A stretch of 36,862 bases of DNA from a virus. Lineage: Duplodnaviria > Caudoviricetes. A model generated the notes under the pieces. It saw only the letters and a program-made list of their open reading frames with translations, had not been told where the DNA came from and did no database searches. A program made the translations under genes and the position numbers. Below are positions 18,692 to 27,576 of the stretch, in pieces. The first letter of the stretch is position 1, and each line of letters starts with the position of its first letter. The DNA lies in IMG/VR virus record IMGVR_UViG_3300037991_002155, positions 1-36,862 of that record, one strand, 5' to 3'.

Positions 18692-20416
18692 ATGGCAACA
18701 GAAACAAACCCGCATTATTTTGCGACGGCAACAAAAGACGATACATCAATAGACCAAATAACAGACTCAACGGATTTTCCGCATACAGGATTAATTAAGG
18801 CGTTAAGTCTAGGCATGAGAGGAAACTATGTAGTGAAAGGTTCTGCTACTGATTTTGACATTACACAAGCAAGTAGTGGAAATGTATTACAAGTAGCGGA
18901 GGGTAAAATATTCCGTGATGGTGCTTTTCTTTCAGTATCGGCAGATAATTTTACTGCTAGTGATTTTCAAGCAACTGCTAACACCCATCATCTATTAGTT
19001 GCTGATAATGCGACTCCTCCCGTATTAAAAATAAGAAAACACGGTAGTTCTACTCAAAATGCTATACCTCCTTATGATGATGGAGATACCATAATTGCCA
19101 TTATCACATATACAAGTAATGGATTTAACGATATGGTAGTTCAATACTTAACAACAAGCAAAGTCGCTAACAATGTAAGTATTGGATATGGAACTTCGGC
19201 TTATACAGAGGCCATGTCAATAGAGGGAAGTGCAACCAAAACAACTTTTCACAATAAGATAGCAGATGCAGATGTTAGATTTGTATTAGGCGATAATACG
19301 GCTGATGAAAAATTCGAGATAGTTACTGATGATGATGCCGATGGGGATTTGACTGATACCTTAACGGAGGTATTTTCTGTTGATGGAACAGGTTTAACTA
19401 AAGTTAAATCCTTATCTCTAGGAAGTGCGGCTGAATTAACAATAACAGAATCTAGCGATGATATTACAATTAAGAATACTGTTAGTGATAAGGATATTAT
19501 TTTTAATATTAATGACGGAGGAAGCGATACTGAAATTATGAGATTGGATGGTTCTACATCAAATGTAGGTATAGGAACTAATGCACCGGATAAAAACTTA
19601 CATATTCGGGCTGCCACAAGTCCAACTCTTAGAATACAAGAAAATTCACAAGATGGGTATTTAGATTTAGTAGGCTTACAGGATAGTCAAGCACAGATAC
19701 TCGCCAAAAATACTTCTACAAATGAAGCAACTATGCTAGACATAGATGTTGATGCTGACGGTAGTGGTAGTCAAAGTGTTAGATTTTTTAGAAACAGTGG
19801 AACTACCGGAAGTTCATTTGTTTATTTCTTGAAAGGAGACGCTACTAATACAACAATGGCTTTATTAAAATCCACTACCGGACAAATGAGTTTTGGAACT
19901 AACACCATAGATACTAATGCTATGATTACTGTTGAGGGAGCAATATCTTTAGATGAAATATCAGCCCCTACAAATACTGCTGATAGAGGACAATTATACA
20001 CTAACGCTGATAATCATTTACATTTTATTAATGGTGCAGGAACGGATGTAAAAGTTACAGAAGAAGTTTTTATTGTGGCTTTATCGGATGAAACTACCGA
20101 CTTAACTACGGGAACTGCTAAAGCAAGTTTCAATATGCCATTTGCTATGACACTAACAGGAGTAAAAGCAAACTGCACAACTGCTCCGGTAGGTTCTACA
20201 ATTATAGTAGACATTAATGAAGCAGGTTCTACAATACTAAGCACTAAACTATCTATTGATGCAAGCGAAACTACTTCCACTTCGGCTGCCTCGGCTGCGG
20301 TAATAAGCGATACTGCCTTAGCCAATGATGCTTTAATTACTTTTGATATAGACCAAATAGGTTCTTCAACTGCCGGTAAAGGATTAAAAGTTACACTATA
20401 TGGTTATAGGGCGTGA
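18692..20416 (+). CDS. Tail fibre/receptor-binding protein (574 aa)
   Basis: GGAGG RBS; MRLDGSTSNVGIGTNAPDKNLHI fibre-type motif; Thr/Ala/Ser-rich C-terminal beta domain. Confidence 0.7.
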   Translation: MATETNPHYFATATKDDTSIDQITDSTDFPHTGLIKALSLGMRGNYVVKGSATDFDITQASSGNVLQVAEGKIFRDGAFLSVSADNFTASDFQATANTHHLLVADNATPPVLKIRKHGSSTQNAIPPYDDGDTIIAIITYTSNGFNDMVVQYLTTSKVANNVSIGYGTSAYTEAMSIEGSATKTTFHNKIADADVRFVLGDNTADEKFEIVTDDDADGDLTDTLTEVFSVDGTGLTKVKSLSLGSAAELTITESSDDITIKNTVSDKDIIFNINDGGSDTEIMRLDGSTSNVGIGTNAPDKNLHIRAATSPTLRIQENSQDGYLDLVGLQDSQAQILAKNTSTNEATMLDIDVDADGSGSQSVRFFRNSGTTGSSFVYFLKGDATNTTMALLKSTTGQMSFGTNTIDTNAMITVEGAISLDEISAPTNTADRGQLYTNADNHLHFINGAGTDVKVTEEVFIVALSDETTDLTTGTAKASFNMPFAMTLTGVKANCTTAPVGSTIIVDINEAGSTILSTKLSIDASETTSTSAASAAVISDTALANDALITFDIDQIGSSTAGKGLKVTLYGYRA

Positions 20417-21146
20417 TGTTATACCTGTTCATATAATAAATTCATACATTCAATTTCCTGCTTCCGGCGGAGGAGGGGCAAGTAGTGATTTTATACAAAT
20501 TGCTACTAGTGCTAGTGGTAATTATCCCAACAGTTCTAGTGGTGGAGCAGTTAAATTTGGTTTTTTTCAAGGAACTACGGCAATAGGAGGAGTATTTGAC
20601 GGGTCAAGTGGACTTGGTACTGCATCTTCTCCAACTAGAACAACACAATCAGTCACACTAGCAACTTCAACAATACAAAGCGCACATTCTAGTAGTGCCT
20701 TTGGTGCTTTAACTTTTGTTATAGGAGGGTATCTTAGAGGATGGGATGATTCTACTACTGCCAACAATAGCGGTGTAAGCAGTATAAATTGGAAAGTTGA
20801 ATCGGGGGCATTAGTAAATAGTAGCATGAGTAATGGAACTTCAATAACACTAACCCAAATAACTTCTGTTCATCCTTCCAATAATTCGGGTACTTATAGA
20901 GATAGAACGCCTATTCAAGATAATACGGCTATGCCTTCGGGTAGTATAGACCATACAGGAGGAATTTATGCGTTTGGAGTTTCGGGTTCGGCAAGTATTT
21001 ATGTGGCGGCACTACAGTTAGGAGGGGGTAGAGGTAGCACTACTTTTCCTGCAACTAATGATACTTTTACTCTTAGACTAAGTGCCGAAGGAACTATTGG
21101 TGGAGTTGCACAAGAAGTAGTTCACGATATTATAGTTACATTCTAA
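20400..21146 (+). CDS. Gly/Ser/Thr-rich putative fibre-associated structural protein
   Basis: Follows the fibre gene; IINSYIQF N-terminus plus GGGG linker. Exact start uncertain. Confidence 0.55.
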   Translation: MVIGRDVIPVHIINSYIQFPASGGGGASSDFIQIATSASGNYPNSSSGGAVKFGFFQGTTAIGGVFDGSSGLGTASSPTRTTQSVTLATSTIQSAHSSSAFGALTFVIGGYLRGWDDSTTANNSGVSSINWKVESGALVNSSMSNGTSITLTQITSVHPSNNSGTYRDRTPIQDNTAMPSGSIDHTGGIYAFGVSGSASIYVAALQLGGGRGSTTFPATNDTFTLRLSAEGTIGGVAQEVVHDIIVTF

Positions 21147-21159
21147 TTGAGGAATTAAA

Positions 21160-21717
21160 ATGACAAGAATAACAGTTAATATACCGCAGGGAGTATCGGG
21201 AGATTTTGAAGTTGCCCACTATACTAATACAACTACTGACAATATGTGGCAATTGTATTTAGAAATGAAACAAGAATCTAACTTAAATTATTGTGTATTA
21301 TTACATAGTGCTTGTGATATGCCAATTATGCAAGACTCGGAAGCGGAATATAGAGAACATCAGTGGTTATGGGATAATGCAACAGGTCATGTTTTAATCG
21401 GAGGACTAGGTATAGGCATGGTAAATGTTGCATTATTAACAAATCCAAATGTTACATCAGTTACAATCATAGAAAATTCACAAGATGTAATAAATTTAGT
21501 TTGGCCTCATTGTGCTAAAGACAATAGATTTAACTTAATACAGGCTGATATAGAAACTTGGAATCCACCTTCGGGTTCTCAATGGGATGTAGCATGGTTC
21601 GATACTTGGACTAGTGCTAATTCTCTATCATGTAGTGAATATGAAACCCTAATGAGAAATAAATATTCTAGTTATTGTACCGAAATGGGTTTTTGGGGAA
21701 GTTTACCACCGCAATAG
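21160..21717 (+). CDS. Class I SAM-dependent methyltransferase-fold protein (spermidine-synthase-like)
   Basis: Motif I VLIGGLGIG, acidic end of beta2 VTIIE, QAD, WDVAWFD; GAGGA RBS. Confidence 0.75.
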   Translation: MTRITVNIPQGVSGDFEVAHYTNTTTDNMWQLYLEMKQESNLNYCVLLHSACDMPIMQDSEAEYREHQWLWDNATGHVLIGGLGIGMVNVALLTNPNVTSVTIIENSQDVINLVWPHCAKDNRFNLIQADIETWNPPSGSQWDVAWFDTWTSANSLSCSEYETLMRNKYSSYCTEMGFWGSLPPQ

Positions 21718-21723
21718 TTCAGC

Positions 21724-21879
21724 ATGTCGTTTTTAACTTACCTTTTTTCACTTTTAATCATTGGAATTATATGGGGATTCACAATTACTTGGTTATTTTA
21801 CGATGAAGATAAACAGTTAAAATTTATTATTCTAAATTCAACGGAAGATGAAGTTTGCACTTATGTAGAAAAAAAATGA
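21724..21879 (+). CDS. Unannotated 51-aa single-pass membrane protein
   Basis: Hand translation MSFLTYLFSLLIIGIIWGFTITWLFYDEDKQLK...; no clear RBS. Confidence 0.45.
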   Translation: MSFLTYLFSLLIIGIIWGFTITWLFYDEDKQLKFIILNSTEDEVCTYVEKK

Positions 21880-21914
21880 ATTTTTTATAAATTAAAAATT
21901 TGAAAAAAAATGCC

Positions 21915-21955
21915 AAAAAAAAAGGAAAGAGAGTAGCCTAAACTACTCTCTCTCC
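21915..21955 (-). terminator. Hairpin plus T9 terminator closing the minus-strand module
   Basis: Stem 21924-21936/21943-21955 (12 Watson-Crick pairs plus one G-U on the minus strand), 6-nt loop, then T9 (A9 at 21915-21923 on +); lies at the convergence point. Confidence 0.8.
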
Positions 21956-21958
21956 TAA

Positions 21959-22102
21959 TTATTTAGTGTCTTTCGACCATATACCCTTACAAGACCGACA
22001 TTCCCAAAGTTTTACTTGCTCGCTAGAGCCAACATAGAATCCTAAGATTCTCTTTGCTAATGTCTTATCTCCACAATAAGCACACTTCTGTTTTAAACTC
22101 AT
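21959..22102 (-). CDS. Unannotated 47-aa zinc ribbon protein, TFIIS/TFS C-terminal-like spacing
   Basis: MSLKQKCAYCGDKTLAKRILGFYVGSSEQVKLWECRSCKGIWSKDTK; C-x2-C-x24-C-x2-C-x3-W; ATGA overlap with the upstream ORF. Confidence 0.7.
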   Translation of the reverse strand: MSLKQKCAYCGDKTLAKRILGFYVGSSEQVKLWECRSCKGIWSKDTK

Positions 22103-22248
22103 TTCTTCTCTTCCGTTTGACCCATCAATCTTTTGATATAATCATCGACGCTTTGTTCTGTAATGTTTGTTCCACCAAAGGCGGCGAAAAACAATAGCGT
22201 CAAGATAATCATAAAGATGAATAAGCCGAACCATTCTGCCGTAGACAT
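22099..22248 (-). CDS. Unannotated 49-aa membrane protein
   Basis: MSTAEWFGLFIFMIILTLLFFAAFGGTNITEQSVDDYIKRLMGQTEEKK; GGAGG RBS; TAATG coupling to the exonuclease gene. Confidence 0.7.
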   Translation of the reverse strand: MSTAEWFGLFIFMIILTLLFFAAFGGTNITEQSVDDYIKRLMGQTEEKK

Positions 22249-22841
22249 TACCAATCAACCTCCAAATTTACAAATTCCTCTTTTTCTATCGAGAATGCTT
22301 TAACAATCCCATGTTCTTGTCCATACTTCCATAAGTCATAAACTAATTGTGTATCTTTCATGCAATATTCGACTACCTCATCATATTGACCCATCTTCCA
22401 TAACTTAGGTGCATCGGCACTATCCATCAACTTAGCGTCATTCATGGTACATTTTACAAGATTCTTAAGTTGAAATCTTTCCCCATGTTCTTTAAGTAAT
22501 ATCTTGCTAGTATCAATATAATTTTCATCCCCTAAATATTTATGAATACAATATATATCCATAGAGTCTCTAAGAATTGGTAAATCAAACGCTGCGATAT
22601 TGTGACCTAAAACTTTACCACCTTTAGATAAGTGGTCGTCTAAATCATATTTTAGTTCACCTAGATTTTTAACTATATGACCGGACTTGGCAAAAGACTC
22701 TACGGGTTCATCAACATAGACAGTTCCATTAGAACCATCCCATGTTGCCACTGTAGATACTTGAAACATATGCGTATTGCTAAAGCCACCAATCTCATGT
22801 GACATGTTTTTAGTTTCAATGTCTAATGCTAGAACTGACAT
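22248..22841 (-). CDS. DEDD-family 3'-5' exonuclease (RNase H-like fold)
   Basis: ExoI LALDIET, ExoII GHNIAAFDLPIL, ExoIII YCMKD. Confidence 0.85.
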   Translation of the reverse strand: MSVLALDIETKNMSHEIGGFSNTHMFQVSTVATWDGSNGTVYVDEPVESFAKSGHIVKNLGELKYDLDDHLSKGGKVLGHNIAAFDLPILRDSMDIYCIHKYLGDENYIDTSKILLKEHGERFQLKNLVKCTMNDAKLMDSADAPKLWKMGQYDEVVEYCMKDTQLVYDLWKYGQEHGIVKAFSIEKEEFVNLEVDW

Positions 22842-22843
22842 GC

Positions 22844-23065
22844 TTAATCACTAGACCAAAGTTTACTAATCTTTTCCGCTTCTTCATCTACTGATGGTTC
22901 ATCTGCACCAATTCTTCTCTTTAGAAAAGCGACAATGTTTGCACCTGCTATACTTAGCATGGAACAACATTCCCAACCTTCATCACCGTAAGTATCTAAT
23001 GTTTCAATTATTACTTTCGGCCCTTTTGTTACATCAAACACCACATATGTATTTTCGTATTTCAT
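22844..23065 (-). CDS. DUF4177-like small protein
   Basis: MKYE...LDTYGDEGWECCS...FLKR pattern. Confidence 0.65.
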   Translation of the reverse strand: MKYENTYVVFDVTKGPKVIIETLDTYGDEGWECCSMLSIAGANIVAFLKRRIGADEPSVDEEAEKISKLWSSD

Positions 23066-24624
23066 TTCTTTTCCTCCTCTTTCAATTTATAATAAACAGA
23101 ACGCCCTTTTTTATCTTTTTCTAATAAGTTCATTTCTTCATATTTGTCGCATATTCTTCTAATGGTTCTTTCATTTTTCCCTTGCGACACTAACTCATCT
23201 ATGAGTAATTTTTTACTGAAAAATCCATCTTCATTCTTTTTCATAGTCCTAATAGTTTCCAAGAAGATTTGCTCATTTGGTGATTGAGTTCGCTTGCCGA
23301 CCCTCCTAGTGACCTTTAGGCTTCGCTCCAACCATAATACCAATGTGTTATAACATTGTCGGACAATGTTTCCTGCTTGTCTAACATTTCTTCCACTGAC
23401 AACAAATCTCTTTCCTTCGTTTTTAATATCCTTTGCTTCCGCAATAGAACATAGAACTGACATTTTAATTAAAATCTTCAATAGCCTAGTTGTAAAGTTA
23501 GATGCAATTTTTCTAACAACAGGGTCACTTGAACCGATAAACTGTTTCATAGTTTCGTATTCTAATAACAATACATCGTTAAAATCTTGAGTATATTTCA
23601 TTGTCTTAAGTGGGTCTTTTACCTTTTCAAATCTTTCTTTTACAATCTCATATATTTCAAAGAACTCATTAGCAAACTCCTCAATAGGGGCATTAATTTC
23701 TTCTATCTTTCCTGCTTTTGAAATTTGCATTCTTCTCATAATATCTAATACATTTTCGGGAACATCCCAAATAAACAAAATCATTCTTTGTAATACACCT
23801 TTGTTAGCAATAACTTTTGCTAGTTTTTCCGGTGGATATGTCATGGCTAAAATAGACCTTTCACAATAACAGTTCATCATTTTACCTCTCTTTAGTTTCT
23901 TAGTGATTTTCCAAGATTCACCGGCTAATGTATTCATAAGAGTATTGAGATAAACAATGGCCTGTTCTTTGTTTTGGCTTTGCTTAAAAACACCGGAATA
24001 TTCAAACTCATCCCAATGTGCTAATCCGCTACCTTCTAACAAACCTGCTTCTCTTAACCAACCTAATTCTTTACTAGTGTTTCCCTCATCATCTGTTTTT
24101 TCAATCATGGCTTCTTCATATCCGCCTATAAGTGCAGCGTCGGTATATTCAGTAGTGGACATAATGTTAAATTGCTTAGCACTAGGAGCCTCTACTCCTT
24201 CTACTCCATCCCATTGTGCATAATCTACTGAACCATCCGAACTAACATATATATTCTTAGGGTGTCTACCATCAGCGTTTATCTTAGCATATAATTTTTC
24301 AATTACAGGTTTTAGGAAAGCCCACAAGGTAGATTTACCCGAACCCGAAGTTTGTATTTGACACATATGCACTCGGCTATCTTCTATGCTTCTACCGTTT
24401 GGTATTTGCACAAAGTCTTTACAAATTTGTCCTAGTATAACAAAACAACTTAACGCTGCCGGTATGTCATTCTTGAAGGCTACCTTTACTGCATCTTGCT
24501 GAAATCGCCTAATAAAACTAGGCAAGTTAGTATTGAAAATTTTAGTGTTTTCATCTAACTTATAGAGGTATTCTTCTTCTTCTTTGCTCATTTCAATTTC
24601 TTCATAATTTATATCTTCATTCAT
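23062..24624 (-). CDS. MCM-like AAA+ helicase with C-terminal winged helix
   Basis: Walker A TSGSGKS, Walker B LAHWDEFE, arginine finger VLQRM, sensor-2-like TTRLLKILIKMS. Confidence 0.65.
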   Translation of the reverse strand: MNEDINYEEIEMSKEEEEYLYKLDENTKIFNTNLPSFIRRFQQDAVKVAFKNDIPAALSCFVILGQICKDFVQIPNGRSIEDSRVHMCQIQTSGSGKSTLWAFLKPVIEKLYAKINADGRHPKNIYVSSDGSVDYAQWDGVEGVEAPSAKQFNIMSTTEYTDAALIGGYEEAMIEKTDDEGNTSKELGWLREAGLLEGSGLAHWDEFEYSGVFKQSQNKEQAIVYLNTLMNTLAGESWKITKKLKRGKMMNCYCERSILAMTYPPEKLAKVIANKGVLQRMILFIWDVPENVLDIMRRMQISKAGKIEEINAPIEEFANEFFEIYEIVKERFEKVKDPLKTMKYTQDFNDVLLLEYETMKQFIGSSDPVVRKIASNFTTRLLKILIKMSVLCSIAEAKDIKNEGKRFVVSGRNVRQAGNIVRQCYNTLVLWLERSLKVTRRVGKRTQSPNEQIFLETIRTMKKNEDGFFSKKLLIDELVSQGKNERTIRRICDKYEEMNLLEKDKKGRSVYYKLKEEEKK

Positions 24625-25331
24625 ATTTTCACCTTCCCTTCGGAATTTAATACATTCAAGATTCTTTTGGCTAGGGTTCTTCCTATGCCATCCATTTCTT
24701 GAAGTTCATCTTCGGTTTGTTCGCCTATTTCCATAATCGAACCATACGCTTTAATCAGCGCATTTGCTTTGCTTACCGACAAGCCTTTAATTGTTGTTAA
24801 TATATCTATTCTCAAATCATCCGTTGATATTCTTTTGAATATCTCCGGCCTTATTACTTCCCTATCGATAGGTTTCATTTTACATATAGAGGCGATAATC
24901 AACGATGCTTCTTTTTCACTAGATACCCAAAATGCCTTAGCATCAGTATCTAATGTTATTCTACCAATAGCACCAAGAAACTTATTTTTTAGTTTATTAG
25001 ACCAATTAGCCTCTTGTGCAGTGCTTAGTTTATTTTTTGTTTTTATATATTTTTTGTATTGCATAATCCCTTCATCAATACTGCCATAAATAATAACTAC
25101 ATTGGTTTGATAATGTCTATCCATATTATCTAATTGTGTCCACATTCTCTTACTCATTACTGAACTAATAAAATCATGGGCTGACTTAGCCTCAAAACAT
25201 ACATCATCGTAAACATAGTCTCCTATCTCTAGCCATCTTTTTTCATATGGTATCTTCATCTTTAGTGCTTCACTCTCTACTAGTTCTACAAGTTTAGAAC
25301 CTTTCTTTTCTCTACTATCTATTACTAGCAT
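24621..25331 (-). CDS. ERCC4/XPF (Hef-like) structure-specific nuclease with tandem HhH
   Basis: VIDSRE, LEIGDY...FEAKS..DF..S, IKGLS and MDGIGRTLA HhH motifs. Confidence 0.9.
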   Translation of the reverse strand: MLVIDSREKKGSKLVELVESEALKMKIPYEKRWLEIGDYVYDDVCFEAKSAHDFISSVMSKRMWTQLDNMDRHYQTNVVIIYGSIDEGIMQYKKYIKTKNKLSTAQEANWSNKLKNKFLGAIGRITLDTDAKAFWVSSEKEASLIIASICKMKPIDREVIRPEIFKRISTDDLRIDILTTIKGLSVSKANALIKAYGSIMEIGEQTEDELQEMDGIGRTLAKRILNVLNSEGKVKI

Positions 25332-25615
25332 TATTCTTCCTCCTTGTAAATAGTGTGTCTTGCTCCTCTAGCATATCTTTTTCCATCAACCCAAAATTCT
25401 TTGGTATAGTGCTTTGATGTTTTAATCCAACCTCTAGCGGTCAAAGTTGCGCCTAATGCGCTGGATAAACTGCGTTTATTTCTTTTTCTTTGTGTTTTTT
25501 TATTATAAGAGGGAAGTATTTCTTCCACCATATCTGCTAAAACTATTTCTTTTTTATTTTCTAAATAAGAAGAAAGTAGTTTATCAAGACACTCCTTATC
25601 TAATTTATTTTTCAT
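25331..25615 (-). CDS. Basic hypothetical protein, possible DNA binder
   Basis: ATG 25615 coupled to the primase stop with GGAGG upstream; preferred over the track start. Confidence 0.6.
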   Translation of the reverse strand: MKNKLDKECLDKLLSSYLENKKEIVLADMVEEILPSYNKKTQRKRNKRSLSSALGATLTARGWIKTSKHYTKEFWVDGKRYARGARHTIYKEEE

Positions 25616-26667
25616 TATGCTCCCTCCGCATGTTCGGGGTATCTCCAACATTTACCAACACAATACCCATTAGGTATCAATACAGTCTTACAATGAGGAC
25701 TACTATAATTACCATGCACAGTAAATCTTGCATGTTTTCTAGTTTCGTTCTCGTTCCAATCTAGCCATATTTCTTTATTGGTTTCTACCAAATTTCTTAT
25801 TTCATCTACTATTGCATCTAGTATTTTGTCTTTATCTTCCTTACTTTCTACCTTTCTACAACCGGACAATAAATCTCTATACCATGAAACTAAATATGCT
25901 CTAGCCATATGTGAAGGATTCTCGGTCATAATAGCATTGTATAAACAAGGCAATATAGGCAAAGAGCCTGTTGTTTTAGGAACTGCTATTTCACCACTTA
26001 TCTCCTCAAAAGAAGGTGCTTCGGGAAATACGACTTTTACAGAACCACTTATTCTAAAAGGAATTTTTCTAGGTTTCTTTGCTAACTCAAGTATCTCTTG
26101 AACCTGTTTATCTAAATCCGTCTTAAGTAATGGTATGCAAAAGTATGGATTGCCATTCTCATCCCTAGAACTCATGTTTACTGTATTAGGTATTCTTCTA
26201 AGCCTAGTTGCTTGCCCAACCCTATCATCAAGGGTTATATCATTACCTACTATGTTTACTAAGTATTCCTTAATCTCTCTAAAGAAAACCTGTATGTTTC
26301 TAATACTGTCGGTTGTTTCTCCAAAGATAAACAAATGAAAACCCCTACCGGAAAAAAAGAGAGTGTGTTGGTAATCATTATCAACAACATAAGTCATAAC
26401 AACATTAACATCTCTCCATGCTTGTTCAATGCTTTGACCGTGAGCATCAAAGTCAAGAAAGATTCTGTCAAGTATAACTGATGAATCTATCTTGGCTTTT
26501 TCTGCAAACTCGGCAAAATCATAAACACTAGTGTAAACATTAGTTCTATTATTTTGAGCCTTTACATAACTCAAGTATTCTTCTTTACTTCTTACTATTC
26601 TTCTTGGTAGTGGAGGAGCGTTCTTCATTTGACTCCCCGACCACACTTCTCTCGGAAACTTCATCAT
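25615..26667 (-). CDS. priS: Archaeo-eukaryotic primase: PriS catalytic domain fused to a PriL-like Cys domain
   Basis: AEP motifs IFLDFD, FSGRGFH, RLRRIPNT; C-terminal LPCL...SHMAR...YSSPHC...YCVGKC. Confidence 0.85.
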   Translation of the reverse strand: MMKFPREVWSGSQMKNAPPLPRRIVRSKEEYLSYVKAQNNRTNVYTSVYDFAEFAEKAKIDSSVILDRIFLDFDAHGQSIEQAWRDVNVVMTYVVDNDYQHTLFFSGRGFHLFIFGETTDSIRNIQVFFREIKEYLVNIVGNDITLDDRVGQATRLRRIPNTVNMSSRDENGNPYFCIPLLKTDLDKQVQEILELAKKPRKIPFRISGSVKVVFPEAPSFEEISGEIAVPKTTGSLPILPCLYNAIMTENPSHMARAYLVSWYRDLLSGCRKVESKEDKDKILDAIVDEIRNLVETNKEIWLDWNENETRKHARFTVHGNYSSPHCKTVLIPNGYCVGKCWRYPEHAEGA

Positions 26668-26953
26668 TTTTATTACCTCCAAAATTAACTGTTGCGTTAT
26701 TTAACATATTCCTTACTGTATTTGCTACTTCTGCTCTTAAAGCAATCAAAACTGTTTGCTTCATTACATCTTCAAAGACTTCACCAACATAAGTTTCTTT
26801 GATTCTAATTTCTCTAATTAACTCAAATCTTTCTATTAGTTTCATTTCTTCATATGTGTCGGTAGCAAGACTTTCTATTGTTTGATTTAGATTGGCTATT
26901 TCATTAAAAGACCAATTCCTAGCCAATACTTTTTGTTTTATTTTATCATTCAT
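26585..26953 (-). CDS. Hypothetical protein
   Basis: GGGAGG RBS; its 3' end overlaps the primase start by ~80 nt. Confidence 0.65.
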   Translation of the reverse strand: MNDKIKQKVLARNWSFNEIANLNQTIESLATDTYEEMKLIERFELIREIRIKETYVGEVFEDVMKQTVLIALRAEVANTVRNMLNNATVNFGGNKNDEVSERSVVGESNEERSSTTKKNSKK

Positions 26954-27241
26954 TTAATCGCCTCCCGAAATATAAGCAGAAAAACCAGTTTGTTTATAGG
27001 CTTTCAGTCGGCTTCTTTTTAGAGAACTAGCCGTTTTCATAACTGACGCTATGTAAAAACAAACTAATTCATGTTCGTAAGGGTCTAAACTTCTAAGTAA
27101 TAGTCTAGTTGCCGTAACATAATCATTACAGTCTCTACATACTCTATCTTCAAAATCCGCAAGAAGAGGTTGAGGATTATTGCCTTCAAACTCTTTCATC
27201 TCCACTTCACATAATTTACATTTTATTATTTTATCATTCAT
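26954..27241 (-). CDS. Small zinc-finger protein
   Basis: CKLC...CRDC; AAGGTGA RBS. Confidence 0.7.
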   Translation of the reverse strand: MNDKIIKCKLCEVEMKEFEGNNPQPLLADFEDRVCRDCNDYVTATRLLLRSLDPYEHELVCFYIASVMKTASSLKRSRLKAYKQTGFSAYISGGD

Positions 27242-27351
27242 TTTATCACCTTCTCGTATCTATCTAACAACATCTTAGCCAAATCATCATGTCCTAAATG
27301 TTGTATGATTGTTATTGCATCTATCGCTATTCTATATATTGAATCATTCAT
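27238..27351 (-). CDS. Unannotated 37-aa peptide (MNDSIYRIAIDAITIIQHLGHDDLAKMLLDRYEKVIK)
   Basis: ATGA overlaps at both ends and fills the gap exactly. Confidence 0.6.
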   Translation of the reverse strand: MNDSIYRIAIDAITIIQHLGHDDLAKMLLDRYEKVIK

Positions 27352-27572
27352 TCTACTGCCCCCATTCTAGGAGATACTACGACATAGGGTTCACTATTTC
27401 TTTTCAATAGAATAGTCGTTTCACAACCTATTCTATTAGCCCAATCTTTTATCTCATCATATAATTTTTGACAGTCTATATATTCTTTAAAATATACTCT
27501 TGCTATATTAGTTCCATTAGGTGTAGTGTCCGGTTTAGAAACTACCGTTCCATTATCAAATTCATAAAGCAT
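27348..27572 (-). CDS. Hypothetical protein (74 aa)
   Basis: ATG 27572 after GGGTGTGA; avoids the overlap implied by the track start. Confidence 0.6.
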   Translation of the reverse strand: MLYEFDNGTVVSKPDTTPNGTNIARVYFKEYIDCQKLYDEIKDWANRIGCETTILLKRNSEPYVVVSPRMGAVE

Positions 27573-27576
27573 ATTA

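Noticed and set aside
555-20827. Minus-strand ORFs within the structural module
   Set aside because: They lie antisense to long genes and have shadow-like composition without recognisable motifs.
21160-21717. DNA methyltransferase protecting the genome
   Set aside because: Lacks amino-MTase (D/N)PP(Y/F) and C5-MTase PC motifs.
26940-27351. Three consecutive genes starting ATGAATGAT (MND)
   Set aside because: Largely explained by stop-start coupling and AT bias; similarity does not extend far.
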